Of a stretch of 64,000 bases of DNA, positions 46,492-57,217 are shown piece after piece. Positions within the stretch are counted from its first letter, which is position 1. Every line of letters begins with the position of its first letter. Origin of the DNA: Candidatus Poseidoniales archaeon (GTDB lineage Archaea > Thermoplasmatota > Poseidoniia > Poseidoniales > Poseidoniaceae). Both the position numbers and the translations under genes were made by a program. The DNA is taken from assembly GCA_038146705.1 (NCBI GenBank), contig JAYQSB010000002.1, forward strand, positions 8,688 through 72,687, written 5' to 3'. The notes under the pieces are model-generated. The model did no database searches. It saw only the letters and a program-made list of their open reading frames with translations, and was not told the origin of the DNA.

Positions 46492-47187
46492 ATGGTAAGG
46501 ATAGACCGAGTACATACCGGTTCTGGCGATTCAGGTGAAACATCGCTCGTTGATGGTTCAAGAATTGATAAATCGAACCCAAGAATTCACATCGTGGGTA
46601 CACTCGACGAGGTTAATTCAATAGTCGGAGCAGTTTCCATGGAAACAAACCGTTTAATCAGCCATCACGATGGTGGCGATAGCAGTTCAATTCAAAGAGT
46701 GAAAAGCGTCGTTTCATTAGCCCTTCAAAGGATCCAAAATGAATTGTTTGATTTGGGTGCCGAGCTAGGTTGCGAGGTTCAATCCGTTCCCGAATATGTT
46801 ACGTTGCTCGATGCAAAACACTCAGACCTTTTGCTTGAAGAAATAGAAGCGTTAACAAAAGACACGCCCCCTTTGTCAAGTTTTATTTTACCAGGGGGCT
46901 GTCCTCCAGTAACATTTCTTCATGTGGCTCGAACGGTAACACGTCGATTGGAGCGCGTAATTGTTGAACTTGAGCGAAGTCAAGAAGGTTCAATTCGTCC
47001 TATCGTTCTTCAATACATCAATCGCTTATCAGATTGGTTTTTTGTTTTGGGGCGATGGATAAGTCATACATTGGGTGAACATGAACCACTTTGGCAACCA
47101 TTGAGTGGCCGACAATCAGAAAAGGGCATTGTGGAAACCATTTCGCAAATGAAAGCAAATGATGCGGATTTCGATACCCTAGATTGA
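46492..47187 (+). CDS. pduO: ATP:cob(I)alamin adenosyltransferase, PduO type
   Basis: VHTGSGDSGETSL, GTLDEVNS, IQNELFDLGAEL, FILPGG, HVARTVTRRLER, YINRLSDWFF. Confidence 0.92.
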   Translation: MVRIDRVHTGSGDSGETSLVDGSRIDKSNPRIHIVGTLDEVNSIVGAVSMETNRLISHHDGGDSSSIQRVKSVVSLALQRIQNELFDLGAELGCEVQSVPEYVTLLDAKHSDLLLEEIEALTKDTPPLSSFILPGGCPPVTFLHVARTVTRRLERVIVELERSQEGSIRPIVLQYINRLSDWFFVLGRWISHTLGEHEPLWQPLSGRQSEKGIVETISQMKANDADFDTLD

Positions 47188-47577
47188 CTCTAAGAAGGCT
47201 TGAGCAGATTCTACGACAGATCTCGTTTCTTTGTGCGTTATGAGTTGAAATGCACTTTCCCAATCTAGCCAAATATAATCCCTGTGCTCATGGGAAAGAT
47301 GAACATCTATTTCTTCAGTTTCAGCAAGAAACCATTGCACTTGTTTTGTTTTTTCTTTACCTTTGTACGTATAGGAATACATTGTTGTTTCAGCAAAGCC
47401 ATCAATAACATCGATATTCTGAATCCCTGTTTCTTCAAACAATTCCCTTCTCATTGTGGTAATTGGTGATTCATCGGCCTCAACATGACCTTTTGGTAAA
47501 TCCCAGTGACCCTGGGGGTATTGAAGGAGAAGAACGGTGCCTAGATTGACCAAGACAACGCCACAAGAGGTTTCCAT
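47179..47577 (-). CDS. NUDIX hydrolase, asymmetric Ap4A hydrolase type
   Basis: GHWDLPKGHVE..ES...RRELFEETG Nudix box; LSHEH. Confidence 0.88.
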   Translation of the reverse strand: METSCGVVLVNLGTVLLLQYPQGHWDLPKGHVEADESPITTMRRELFEETGIQNIDVIDGFAETTMYSYTYKGKEKTKQVQWFLAETEEIDVHLSHEHRDYIWLDWESAFQLITHKETRSVVESAQAFLESI

Positions 47578-47643
47578 AGTGGTCCGACGATGCGGTGATT
47601 CATTGCTTTGACGGATTGAAATCTGTTCGTAATGAAAATTTTT

Positions 47644-49947
47644 CTATTCTTCCTCATTGCTTCGTTGGAAAATTTTTGGTGACCACCAATTAAAGCGACC
47701 CATCAATCGCATAGTCGATGGAACTACGAGAGCCCGTACCAATGTAGCATCAATAAGAATAGCGAGAGCCAGTCCTAAGCCAATTTGTTTCAAGATAATA
47801 ACCGAGGACAATCCAAAGGCACTGAACACTACGACCATGATGGCGGCAGCGCCAGTGATGAGTCCTCCCGTCTTCTGCAGACCGTTGGCCACAGCGAGCG
47901 TATTGTCGCCGGTCCGTTCCCATTCTTCATGAATACGGGATAACATCAGCACTTCGTAGTCCATAGAAAGTCCGAATACAATGCAGAACATGATGACGGG
48001 GTTGCCTGAATCAATGGGCTGAGCGGTGAAGTTGAGCAGGCTTTCTCCGTACCCCCACTGAAATACCCAGACCAGCATTCCAAACGAAGCAGAGATGGAC
48101 AGGATGTTCATGGCGATGGCCTTGATTGGAATGATGACAGAGCGAACTTGGAGGAAAATCAACACACAAGTGGCGATGAGAATGAAGGCTAGTGCTCGCG
48201 GAAGATTGTCAGCGATGGCGTCAAGATTGTCAGCATTGTAGGCTGCAAAGCCAGCGACTAACAAGCGGTCGTTCTCGCCATCAAAGTCATCGAGAAAACC
48301 GTCACGATGTTCTCTGATGTCTTCGACCATCAATCTTGAATCAACATTGGTTTGAGCCCCCACCAGTTGAAGTGAAATCATGGTGGCGTTGTCACCCACA
48401 AAAGACGAACGCAAACTTTCTCTCATAGCGATTTGTTCAGCAGGGAGGAATTCATCGGGCGTTTGCCAGAATTGCAGCACCTCATCGACGTTCATCGTGG
48501 GGGACGGCAATCCGACACCGATACCTCCTGACGTTCTTGAATCATTGAGCAAATCGATGATGTATGCGTGCTGAACCCGCAAGTTTGCTTCTGAGAGCGG
48601 GTCGGCTCCGTCGGTATCAACGACCAAGAAAATCGAGTTGGCTGCTTGGTCAGGCCAGTGTTCATCGATAAGTTCCATACCTTGTCGGGATTCATCATCG
48701 GGCGGCAGAGCCTTCCACGATGAGAGAGAAAATTCAGCGTAGGCAAATGGCAATCCAGCGCCAATCAACAAAACCAATGTAGGAATGAGGACAGCCCAAG
48801 GTCGGTCCATCACTCGCTTAGCGATTCGCGCCCACATACCATCGTCTTTTGCCGACATGTCAAACGCATAGGGAATCGTTCCTTTGTTGACTCGAGGACC
48901 CAACCAAGCCATCACTGCAGGGAGGACGATGGTCGAATAGATCATGGCAATGGAAACGGCGATGGTCCCTCCTATGCCGAGTGAAGGCAGCGAAGTGTTG
49001 GAAAAAAAGAGCATCCCCATAAGACCGATAGCGACGGTAATACCGGAATAGAAGACTGCTTTTCCAGCGGTAGCACAACTCATTGCGGTGGCGGTCCGAA
49101 CATCGTGACCGCGTCCCAATTCTTCTCTGAAACGATTGACCAGAAACAGGGAATAATCGATAGACACCCCGATGCCAATGAGAGAGACGATGTTCGTGGC
49201 ATAAACGGTCACATCGGTGATGTTGGAGAGCAATATGGTCATTCCAATTGCTGCGATAAGCGTCCCTCCACCAATGCCCATCGGAAGGATTGCGGCAATA
49301 ACTGAACCAAAGATGAGACCTAAGATGATGAGAGTCAGCGGAAAGGCAACGATTTCGGCTTTGATGAGGTCATTCTTGATTCGGTCGTCAAAGGTCCAAT
49401 CAATTGCAATACCATCGGTCATCCATCCTTCAAATCCACTTGCGATATCAATCGAATCGTGGTGTTCGTCCATGATTGCTTTTGCCTCTTTTCGGTCGGT
49501 AGCGAAGTTGACTGTAGTGATGGCGTAATTGCCGTCGTCGCTGTTGACGAACACATCGTCTCTATCAACATCCTCAGCAAGCCACGAGTAGTCAATTGTG
49601 ACGTCGGGGTGAGATGCAAACGGTTTCAAAGCATCTATCACGGCTTCTTGCCATGCATCGCTGGAGTCGTTTAATGTCGGATGGTACACGAGGTATCGGA
49701 GCGTTTGCCCTCCGTCATCATCGTCGGTTCCGAACCGCTCAGAGATAAGTCGTCCTGCATTGACAGACTCAACATCGTCTTCACCGAACCCTTCAGCCCA
49801 ATCTGCCCCGATGGAGGCGAGCCCACCCATGAGGATACATGATACGAGGCCAAAAGCCATCATCGCCTTTCGATGGTCGTGGATGAACAACCCGAGTCGG
49901 AAAAAGAGGCGGTTTTTGAGGACTTCAGGGTCGGTCGCACCTTCCAT
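47644..49947 (-). CDS. MMPL family (RND superfamily) transporter
   Basis: GVSIDYSLFLVNRFREEL, FGLSMDYEVLMLSRIHEE, DATLVRALVVP..M.LMG..NWW. Confidence 0.93.
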   Translation of the reverse strand: MEGATDPEVLKNRLFFRLGLFIHDHRKAMMAFGLVSCILMGGLASIGADWAEGFGEDDVESVNAGRLISERFGTDDDDGGQTLRYLVYHPTLNDSSDAWQEAVIDALKPFASHPDVTIDYSWLAEDVDRDDVFVNSDDGNYAITTVNFATDRKEAKAIMDEHHDSIDIASGFEGWMTDGIAIDWTFDDRIKNDLIKAEIVAFPLTLIILGLIFGSVIAAILPMGIGGGTLIAAIGMTILLSNITDVTVYATNIVSLIGIGVSIDYSLFLVNRFREELGRGHDVRTATAMSCATAGKAVFYSGITVAIGLMGMLFFSNTSLPSLGIGGTIAVSIAMIYSTIVLPAVMAWLGPRVNKGTIPYAFDMSAKDDGMWARIAKRVMDRPWAVLIPTLVLLIGAGLPFAYAEFSLSSWKALPPDDESRQGMELIDEHWPDQAANSIFLVVDTDGADPLSEANLRVQHAYIIDLLNDSRTSGGIGVGLPSPTMNVDEVLQFWQTPDEFLPAEQIAMRESLRSSFVGDNATMISLQLVGAQTNVDSRLMVEDIREHRDGFLDDFDGENDRLLVAGFAAYNADNLDAIADNLPRALAFILIATCVLIFLQVRSVIIPIKAIAMNILSISASFGMLVWVFQWGYGESLLNFTAQPIDSGNPVIMFCIVFGLSMDYEVLMLSRIHEEWERTGDNTLAVANGLQKTGGLITGAAAIMVVVFSAFGLSSVIILKQIGLGLALAILIDATLVRALVVPSTMRLMGRFNWWSPKIFQRSNEEE

Positions 49948-49997
49948 AGGCAGCGGGCAAATCATGAGTTTATCAAAAAGTGCTTTTTGTCTTAGAT

Positions 49998-50474
49998 TTA
50001 AACGACTTCAAAAATATACAAAAACCCAAGGAATGCATGAATAAAAACGAGAATCATAATCAAATCTGCGGCCCTTCCATGTTGCTTTTTGGTTAATGTG
50101 TACGACTGCCCTTCTTCTTTTATCAATGCTGCCTTCCTTCCAAATCGAATCATGTAGTAAAGCAAAAACAAACCGATAGGTCCAGTAAATCCATGCAGAT
50201 TTGTCGGAATGAGATTCACCAATATCGGTTCGTTCTTTGAATATGCATCGAAGGCTCTTGCACCAAAGGCGATGAGGACAATCGCAACACCAGATTTTAA
50301 CAGGAATTCCCCAAATTGTTGGTGATGCTCAATTTTCTCCAAACGAGTCTGGCCTTTGAATTCTAGATTTCTGCTTTTCCAAGAATATTGCCACCACATT
50401 GCAGCGATTAAAATCAAAGCAAACATGGGATGAAGAAGCAGTACAATTGTAGAGAGCACCCCCATCTGACTCAA
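49998..50474 (-). CDS. 4-TM His-containing membrane protein (DUF4079/cytochrome b561-like)
   Basis: Four TM helices with His in LHP, EHH, LHG, QHG and IHA. Confidence 0.6.
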   Translation of the reverse strand: MSQMGVLSTIVLLLHPMFALILIAAMWWQYSWKSRNLEFKGQTRLEKIEHHQQFGEFLLKSGVAIVLIAFGARAFDAYSKNEPILVNLIPTNLHGFTGPIGLFLLYYMIRFGRKAALIKEEGQSYTLTKKQHGRAADLIMILVFIHAFLGFLYIFEVV

Positions 50475-50659
50475 CTTTACTACAACCCATACCTATGTTG
50501 AATTTGTGTAGGTAAACATTCAGACTCATGGATTCATAGCGGTGGATTGAAAGCACATCGTTCCCGCGTTAAAATTGCCGAGGTCATCGTATGATTGAAC
50601 TTAGGATGGAGCAGTGCCTAAAATCAGTGTTGGGTGCTCCAAAACTAAAACGGCTCCGC

Positions 50660-53600
50660 ATGGCCGTGCGTTCACCAACATGGGAACTCATTGACAAACC
50701 TCACAAAGGGATTCTATCATTTGCGATGAATGAAGAAGAAGTCCCATCCGATAATGATGATCAGCAGAATCAACCCTCTCATATGAGAACAAAAGGAAGA
50801 CGATTGAGAAACAAATCTCGAGGGCAATCAACTGTAATGTCGCCTCAGGAATACCTACCCGAATTAAACGAAATACAACAATTTGAATTATCATCCGCAT
50901 CGACACTCGCTATTCTTCTCATACGAAAACAAATGAATGACCCAGACTGGAATGATGAATTTGAATCGTTGGAGATGTTCATGCGAAATGATTGTTTGGA
51001 AAATGGAGTGCACCCCGTGTGGCATACAATTGCTGAAAAAACGAATTATCTCACACAATTTCTTGCATTTCCAAAAGTTAGGCCTAAATCTGAATCAACA
51101 ACGAAAAAATTCGATCCCAAAAAAGCAACAATCAATCCAGCGGATTCATCTCAAGTGGCACTCTTACTCTCACACGCCTTAGAAACAACAATCGACGCAA
51201 ATCTACAAGTCGCAATGAACAGATTGATTGGACAACTTCAATCTTCATCTGGTCAGTCTGTGAAAATTGAACAAATTCTGTTTTCTCTTGAAGACAGTCT
51301 TCAATACCTAAGCATCATTTTAAAATTCCATTCACAAGATGACATAACAGAATCGAATATTGAATTTTTGAACGCACAAAAAAGTGGGGTTGCAAAGAAT
51401 TTATTGAGATATTCTGAATTCCAATCGAATAATTTTTCAAACTGGGCTGAAGTTATCGAACTTCCTGGAAACAACGAACTTGAGCGTATGCTTCTTGAAA
51501 TGGTTTGGATGAACCTACCTGATGAAGCCGCAGAACTAAGCTCTCAACACATTGACAAAGGCATAGCACTCATCCAAGAATTGCAGCAATCAAAAGCACA
51601 AATTGACAAACTGAAATGGTGGAAGATGAGTGCGTTACAACGTGAAGGACAAGGGGGCATTGCTCTCGAGGTCCTTCAAGATCTAGCCATTACATCCTTC
51701 ACTGATATTGATGCATTGCTAAATTTCCTCATGATTTTCCCAGCAGAAAAAACAAGTCAATGGGTCCTCAAATTTATCGATGAGATTGATATCGACGGAT
51801 TAAGTGCTATCCTTGTATCAGATCATTACGAAGGTGAGTTACAAATCCTCATCGCCCAACGAATTTTCGATTCACATGGGTTTGAATTTGAGCAAGAGAG
51901 AAGTTATTTGTTGAAGGCATTCATTTCTGGTTTGGATTTTGAGCGACTGACAAAAATATTTCATTCTGATGCAATGTATTGCTTCTCTTATCCATATGAT
52001 GCACTTTTTTGTTATCATGCAACACCTGCATCATTATCGGTGAACAGTGAAAAGCAATTTCATGATTTGAGAATGCATGCTTTACAGAGTCTCACAGATT
52101 CTTCTCGTCCAGATTATATCTCAGATTCAGTTGAAGAACTCTTATTGCTCATGGAAGGAATTCAGTTGGATTCCGATGCCCTCATGAAGACACTGGGGAA
52201 TAAAGTTTACATTGATTTTCAACCGGTTATCAATGCACTTCAACAGGGAATTTCAGAGGTCAATATTCAACAACCTAAATTACAAGCGCTTAAACTTCGG
52301 TTGAGCGGAATTAACACATTAACGCCCTTGGAAAGCCGTCTGTTCAACGTATTATTTTCGACTATTGCCATGAATAACACACGTCAAGCATTTCACAATA
52401 GAATGGAGACACCGGAGCAAAAGAAAGATATGGCAATGATTGTCAATGAACCCTTTTTCACCCTCACAATTTTACAAACAATACAAGAACTTGTGTTAGA
52501 TTATGATCTTGGGATACCAGAATTAGTTGATTGGTATCAAAAATACAGCCCGTCTTCACCTTGGCAAACGCTCAGTAGAGCAGCGAACCATGTTCAAAAA
52601 GATGAGCAGTTGAATGCAGCCCGAGAGTACAAGAGGGTTGCAGACCAAATCCACACAGTTAGAGTAGACTCTGACGATAGAAAAAATTCTGCAGAAGAGG
52701 TCATGTATTATGTTCAGCAAGGGATTTTTGGAATCGAGCAAGAGATAGCACTTTATCGCAAAGCTTTGATTCATTATGCCCACGCAGGCCACTGGGCAGA
52801 AGCACTGGATTTACTAGAAAATAATCCTTCACTTAAATCAGCCCTCACGAAGAGATTTCAATTGTACCTTCAAGTTTCGAATCTTGCAGACAACCAACAA
52901 ACAGGGCCAGCAACTCGACTCATCGTAAACCATGTGTTGAGTTCGATTACTGAAGAAGATCAGTCCGGAGAAGGTATGCGAACAAGGGAAACATATGACG
53001 AAGAAGAATTAGAGACCTTACGCTCATACACAACAAACCATGCAGTGCATCTGCCCGATAAACCGTTCAATGGCAGGGTGATCGCTGCACACACTGAATT
53101 GTCACGAAAATTATCACGACATCGTGATGAGTTTGAACGAAGATTCCAAATGCTTGAAAAAGAATCCAAGTTTGATTTTATTGAAGTTTATGAATTAGCA
53201 AAAGAAGCTTCAAATGCAAGTCCATTAACAGGATTGAAGATTCTTGAAAGGGCTCAACATCATCGAACACTCGACACTATAGGGAGGCAAAAACTCAAAG
53301 ATGCTGAGATTACTCTTTTCAAAAATCACGAAGAAAAGATACCCCTTAAACACAGGAGTCAATTACGACAATTGAATTTGAAACCATTGGTTGTCGTTGA
53401 CACGAATATTCTCATCAATGCCCTTATTGAAGAAGTATACACACACCTTGGTATTATTGCTGGTCATCAGCGAAAAACGATGAATCAACTTGATTCTTCA
53501 GGAGATGTACTCCCAAATTCCGGTTTGGGAGATTTTTTCAGATTTTTGAAGAATCAATCCGAAAATGGGAAAATATTCCTACATGTTCCTGAGGTAATAC

Positions 53601-54094
53601 GTGAAGAATTGAGCATGTTTGGCGACCCTCGTCGGTTGGAGCGTCAGATGAATTTGAAATCAATGCTATCAAAATCAAATAACAATGAAATTACCACTGA
53701 GTTCCTCAAAGAAAAGATTGCAGAAGTCATCGATGCGTTTTCAACATGGAATGAAGCTGAATATATTGAAAAAGTTGAAGATGTTGTTACGCCAGAATTA
53801 GAAGAATTCTTTGTGCAGCATCATGAAGTGTTTGAAGAAATATCATCTGTAAAACAAAAATATGGGGCAACCACACCCAGAACAAAAATTGCTGGAAAAC
53901 AATACTATCCTGAAGAGAACGATATGCATCTGCTCCACTACGCAAAAGCGGTTTCCAATTTAGCTTCGAAAGGTATTGGTGTAGTCCTCATCGCATCGTA
54001 CGACAATGACTTCACGTTTATCTCTAGAGCCCTCGAAGAAACATTCGGCATCTCCGTTGTACGAAATCCAAGGACATTGACCGACTGGTTGTAG
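50660..54094 (+). CDS. Large alpha-helical protein with C-terminal PIN ribonuclease domain (start may be 50591)
   Basis: LVVVDTNILI, VPEVIREEL, ENDMHLL, IASYDNDF; the preceding ~900 aa are Leu/Glu-rich and helical or TPR-like. Confidence 0.75.
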   Translation: MAVRSPTWELIDKPHKGILSFAMNEEEVPSDNDDQQNQPSHMRTKGRRLRNKSRGQSTVMSPQEYLPELNEIQQFELSSASTLAILLIRKQMNDPDWNDEFESLEMFMRNDCLENGVHPVWHTIAEKTNYLTQFLAFPKVRPKSESTTKKFDPKKATINPADSSQVALLLSHALETTIDANLQVAMNRLIGQLQSSSGQSVKIEQILFSLEDSLQYLSIILKFHSQDDITESNIEFLNAQKSGVAKNLLRYSEFQSNNFSNWAEVIELPGNNELERMLLEMVWMNLPDEAAELSSQHIDKGIALIQELQQSKAQIDKLKWWKMSALQREGQGGIALEVLQDLAITSFTDIDALLNFLMIFPAEKTSQWVLKFIDEIDIDGLSAILVSDHYEGELQILIAQRIFDSHGFEFEQERSYLLKAFISGLDFERLTKIFHSDAMYCFSYPYDALFCYHATPASLSVNSEKQFHDLRMHALQSLTDSSRPDYISDSVEELLLLMEGIQLDSDALMKTLGNKVYIDFQPVINALQQGISEVNIQQPKLQALKLRLSGINTLTPLESRLFNVLFSTIAMNNTRQAFHNRMETPEQKKDMAMIVNEPFFTLTILQTIQELVLDYDLGIPELVDWYQKYSPSSPWQTLSRAANHVQKDEQLNAAREYKRVADQIHTVRVDSDDRKNSAEEVMYYVQQGIFGIEQEIALYRKALIHYAHAGHWAEALDLLENNPSLKSALTKRFQLYLQVSNLADNQQTGPATRLIVNHVLSSITEEDQSGEGMRTRETYDEEELETLRSYTTNHAVHLPDKPFNGRVIAAHTELSRKLSRHRDEFERRFQMLEKESKFDFIEVYELAKEASNASPLTGLKILERAQHHRTLDTIGRQKLKDAEITLFKNHEEKIPLKHRSQLRQLNLKPLVVVDTNILINALIEEVYTHLGIIAGHQRKTMNQLDSSGDVLPNSGLGDFFRFLKNQSENGKIFLHVPEVIREELSMFGDPRRLERQMNLKSMLSKSNNNEITTEFLKEKIAEVIDAFSTWNEAEYIEKVEDVVTPELEEFFVQHHEVFEEISSVKQKYGATTPRTKIAGKQYYPEENDMHLLHYAKAVSNLASKGIGVVLIASYDNDFTFISRALEETFGISVVRNPRTLTDWL

Positions 54095-54095
54095 A

Positions 54096-54464
54096 TTAGA
54101 CAAATTGCGGAACATTTGAACCTGATTTTTGTGGCGAGAGGAAATTTTGATTCACTCTGTCAATCAGTTCCTTTCCAAGAATCATGGCACAAGATAATTC
54201 TGTTCGATCTGTGATTGATAATTCTACATCGTATGTTGTTCTCCCGATTCTAATTTTTGCTTCGACAAGTTGCCTTGTTTGTTTACCCATTGCGTTGCGA
54301 ACTTGTATTTCACCAACTTTCTTCAGGCCTAGAGCATTTGCTAATTTCTTGTCAATTGAACAACGGGAAGCACCGGTGTCAATTTTTGCTTTCAAACGAA
54401 TCCACCACTTTCGTTTTCCTCCTCCTTTGAGGCTAACCCACTTGGAGTCAAACGATTTACCCAT
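54096..54464 (-). CDS. Retropepsin-like aspartic protease (RimK/LysX-associated family)
   Basis: AKIDTGASRCSID, VRNAMG..R, ITDR, MILG; SD GGTGAG. Confidence 0.8.
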   Translation of the reverse strand: MGKSFDSKWVSLKGGGKRKWWIRLKAKIDTGASRCSIDKKLANALGLKKVGEIQVRNAMGKQTRQLVEAKIRIGRTTYDVELSITDRTELSCAMILGKELIDRVNQNFLSPQKSGSNVPQFV

Positions 54465-54478
54465 GGCTCTCACCAATA

Positions 54479-55789
54479 TCACATGTATTGAATTATTGCA
54501 TTTCCAAATTCACTGCAAGATAGTAACGTAGCGTGCTCCATCAATCGTTCAAAGTCGTATGTCACTGTGCCTGCTGAAATTGCCCCTTCCATTCCTTTGA
54601 TAATCAAATCAGCGGCTTCAGTCCAACCCATATGTCTCAACATCATCTCAGCACTCAAGATAACTGAGCCGGGGTTGACCTTGTCTTGCCCGGTGTATTT
54701 TGGTGCAGTTCCATGCGTTGCTTCAAAGATTGCGTGTCCGCTGTTATAGTTGATATTCGCTCCAGGTGCAATACCAATGCCCCCAACCTGAGCAGCGAGT
54801 GCATCGCTGAGGTAATCTCCGTTGAGGTTGAGTGTGGCGATGACATCATATTCTTTGGGCCGGAGTAAAACTTGTTGCAACATAGCATCTGCAATGACAT
54901 CTTTGATGATGATGCCTGCACCGTCTTTTCCTTCAGGAATAATGTGCCATGGACCTCCTTCGTAGGGAACAGCTCCAAAGAAATCTCGTGCGACTTTATA
55001 CGCCCATTCAGCAAATGAACCCTCTGTGAATTTCATGATGTTACCTTTGTGTACAATAGTAACGCTCTTTCGTTGATTTTCTACTGCGTATTCGATTGCA
55101 CTATGAACGAGTCGCTCGGTTCCCAAGTAACTAACAGGCTTCAAACCAATACCTACACGTACAGATTCTTCTCGTGGTGAACCACCAGTTGAAGATAAGG
55201 TTTCAATCCAGTCATCTGTCTTTTCTTTTGTACCAAATCGAATTTTATCGAAGCGCTCTGGGAACTGCTTGGCTAGTAATTCTAGGAATGTTTTGTTCTC
55301 ATCAGTCCCTGCCTCGAATTCGATGCCTGCGTAAATATCTTCGGTGTTTTCCCTAAAGATGACCATGTCAATGTTTTGTGGTTCTCGTACTGGAGCTGGA
55401 ACACCATTGTACCATCGAACTGGGCGAACACAAGCAAACAGATCGAGTTTTTGCCGCAATGCGACATTTAACGAACGAATACCTCCGCCAACAGGTGTTG
55501 TCAATGGACCTTTAATGGAAACAAAACCTTCTGCCATTGCTTTTAGTGTTGCATCTGGTAGCCATTCTCCTGTTTGATTGAATGCTTTTTCACCAGCGAG
55601 AACCTCATTCCAATGAATCTTTTTTGAACCCCCATATGCTTTTTCCACTGCAGAATCAACGACCTTGAGCATGACAGGAGATATGTCAATACCTATACCA
55701 TCGCCTTCAATGTAGTGGACGATAGGCTCGTTTGGTACGTGAAGTGTTCCGTTTTCGAAGGTAATAGGCGTTCCAGTCATGACTCTCAT
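54479..55789 (-). CDS. icd: NADP-dependent isocitrate dehydrogenase
   Basis: [56 protein letters not shown]. Confidence 0.97.
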   Translation of the reverse strand: MRVMTGTPITFENGTLHVPNEPIVHYIEGDGIGIDISPVMLKVVDSAVEKAYGGSKKIHWNEVLAGEKAFNQTGEWLPDATLKAMAEGFVSIKGPLTTPVGGGIRSLNVALRQKLDLFACVRPVRWYNGVPAPVREPQNIDMVIFRENTEDIYAGIEFEAGTDENKTFLELLAKQFPERFDKIRFGTKEKTDDWIETLSSTGGSPREESVRVGIGLKPVSYLGTERLVHSAIEYAVENQRKSVTIVHKGNIMKFTEGSFAEWAYKVARDFFGAVPYEGGPWHIIPEGKDGAGIIIKDVIADAMLQQVLLRPKEYDVIATLNLNGDYLSDALAAQVGGIGIAPGANINYNSGHAIFEATHGTAPKYTGQDKVNPGSVILSAEMMLRHMGWTEAADLIIKGMEGAISAGTVTYDFERLMEHATLLSCSEFGNAIIQYM

Positions 55790-55838
55790 GCGTAGCGACC
55801 GACATCTCCTTCAAGAATGAAACGCCCGCAATTTATTG

Positions 55839-56219
55839 ATGAAGGCAAGTGTTCACTGGACGAATGGGACAGAATTGATAGGAAAAACCGAGGCTGGCCA
55901 AGAGTTACACCTCGATTGGGAAAGCGGCCCATCTCCAATGCAAGTTACACTACAAATGATAGGTGCCTGTTCCCTCGTAGACGTAGTCTTAGGTTTGAAG
56001 GAACGAAATTTTACTGAGGTTTGGATTGAGTGTGATGCAGACAGATCAACAGATTATCCTCGAATCTTTACACACATCCGAATGACATACCATGTCCGTG
56101 GCGATGTACCGCGAGCACTCGTCGAGCGGATTGTTGAAAAAAGTCATGAAAAATATTGCAGTGTATCGAATATGCTCAGAGATGAAGTCAATATTAGTTT
56201 TGAAGTTGAACTCCATTGA
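55839..56219 (+). CDS. OsmC/YhfA family protein
   Basis: GPSPMQ..GACS..DV, P.IFT.I, EKYCSVS. Confidence 0.88.
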   Translation: MKASVHWTNGTELIGKTEAGQELHLDWESGPSPMQVTLQMIGACSLVDVVLGLKERNFTEVWIECDADRSTDYPRIFTHIRMTYHVRGDVPRALVERIVEKSHEKYCSVSNMLRDEVNISFEVELH

Positions 56220-56223
56220 ATCG

Positions 56224-56607
56224 TTATGTTCGAAATTTGAGGTAATATGCAGCGTTGATCATACCTGCAAAACTTACCCAAGCGATATAAGGTAGCATAA
56301 GTTTGGAAGCTTCTGGTAACGGTTTCCACGTCAAATACAAGTAAATGCTTGACAATGCAATCATGCACAGAATCATTGCGAATGAAATGAGATATTGTTC
56401 GGCATTGAAGACTGCTGGCCATGCCAGATTTATGAGAAGTTGAGCAACAAAAACAGTGACTATAAAACCAAATCTTTCGATATCTTCCCTGCGTGAATAA
56501 ACCATTGATATGCTGATGATGAGTGTTGTGTAAAGGATAAGCCATACAGGACGAACAATCCACCCTGGAGGTTGAAAAAAAGGCTCATATTCTGAATTGA
56601 AAGACAT
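56224..56607 (-). CDS. tspO: TspO/MBR tryptophan-rich sensory protein
   Basis: PFFQPPGW..PVWLILY, QLLINLAW..VF, LMLPYIAWVSFA..IN. Confidence 0.88.
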   Translation of the reverse strand: MSFNSEYEPFFQPPGWIVRPVWLILYTTLIISISMVYSRREDIERFGFIVTVFVAQLLINLAWPAVFNAEQYLISFAMILCMIALSSIYLYLTWKPLPEASKLMLPYIAWVSFAGMINAAYYLKFRT

Positions 56608-56650
56608 GAGAAAGTCGCTTAAACTCAGAGATAATAGACAAATACGTCGT

Positions 56651-57118
56651 TCATATTGGTGATGGTTTGAATTGTTTAATCATAATGTTTTGTAAGACAT
56701 AGAGCAGTTGTTTGAAGAAATCTTTCCACTGTTCAGGAAGATTTTTCGGAGATTTTAATCCGATGATTTCATCATTTCTGTGAACAACTGTAGCAAACGG
56801 GCGAATTTTCATGCCTTCACCGTCGGTTAACTCGAGGAGAAGATGATATGCATCACGGTCTTTTCTGACATCGATCGACTCTACATCTATGCGCAACTCA
56901 TGGTTTTGAACAATATTTTGGAAATGTTGATCGGTTTGAATTTCTTCTTGTGCTAAAATTCGTAGAAGGTCTTCGACCGATTCGTCGTCAGTTTCATCAT
57001 CCATGAAGGCGGCAAGAGGGTCATGATATGATTTCGTTTCAGTCGATTTGGTTTTTGAAACGCCTAATGCCTCAAAGATGTCAAAATCATCATCTTCAGT
57101 TAAACCGTCTTCCATCAT
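56651..57118 (-). CDS. Hypothetical acidic protein
   Basis: ORF fills the gap; D/E-rich N-terminus. Confidence 0.65.
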   Translation of the reverse strand: MMEDGLTEDDDFDIFEALGVSKTKSTETKSYHDPLAAFMDDETDDESVEDLLRILAQEEIQTDQHFQNIVQNHELRIDVESIDVRKDRDAYHLLLELTDGEGMKIRPFATVVHRNDEIIGLKSPKNLPEQWKDFFKQLLYVLQNIMIKQFKPSPI

Positions 57119-57217
57119 GAATCAATGTCATTCCGTTACGATATAAATCATCGTTTTTCTAGATTGTAGTTTGCATCATGAATAAGCCTCAAGAAGTGTT
57201 GCTGCTGATACTTCACC

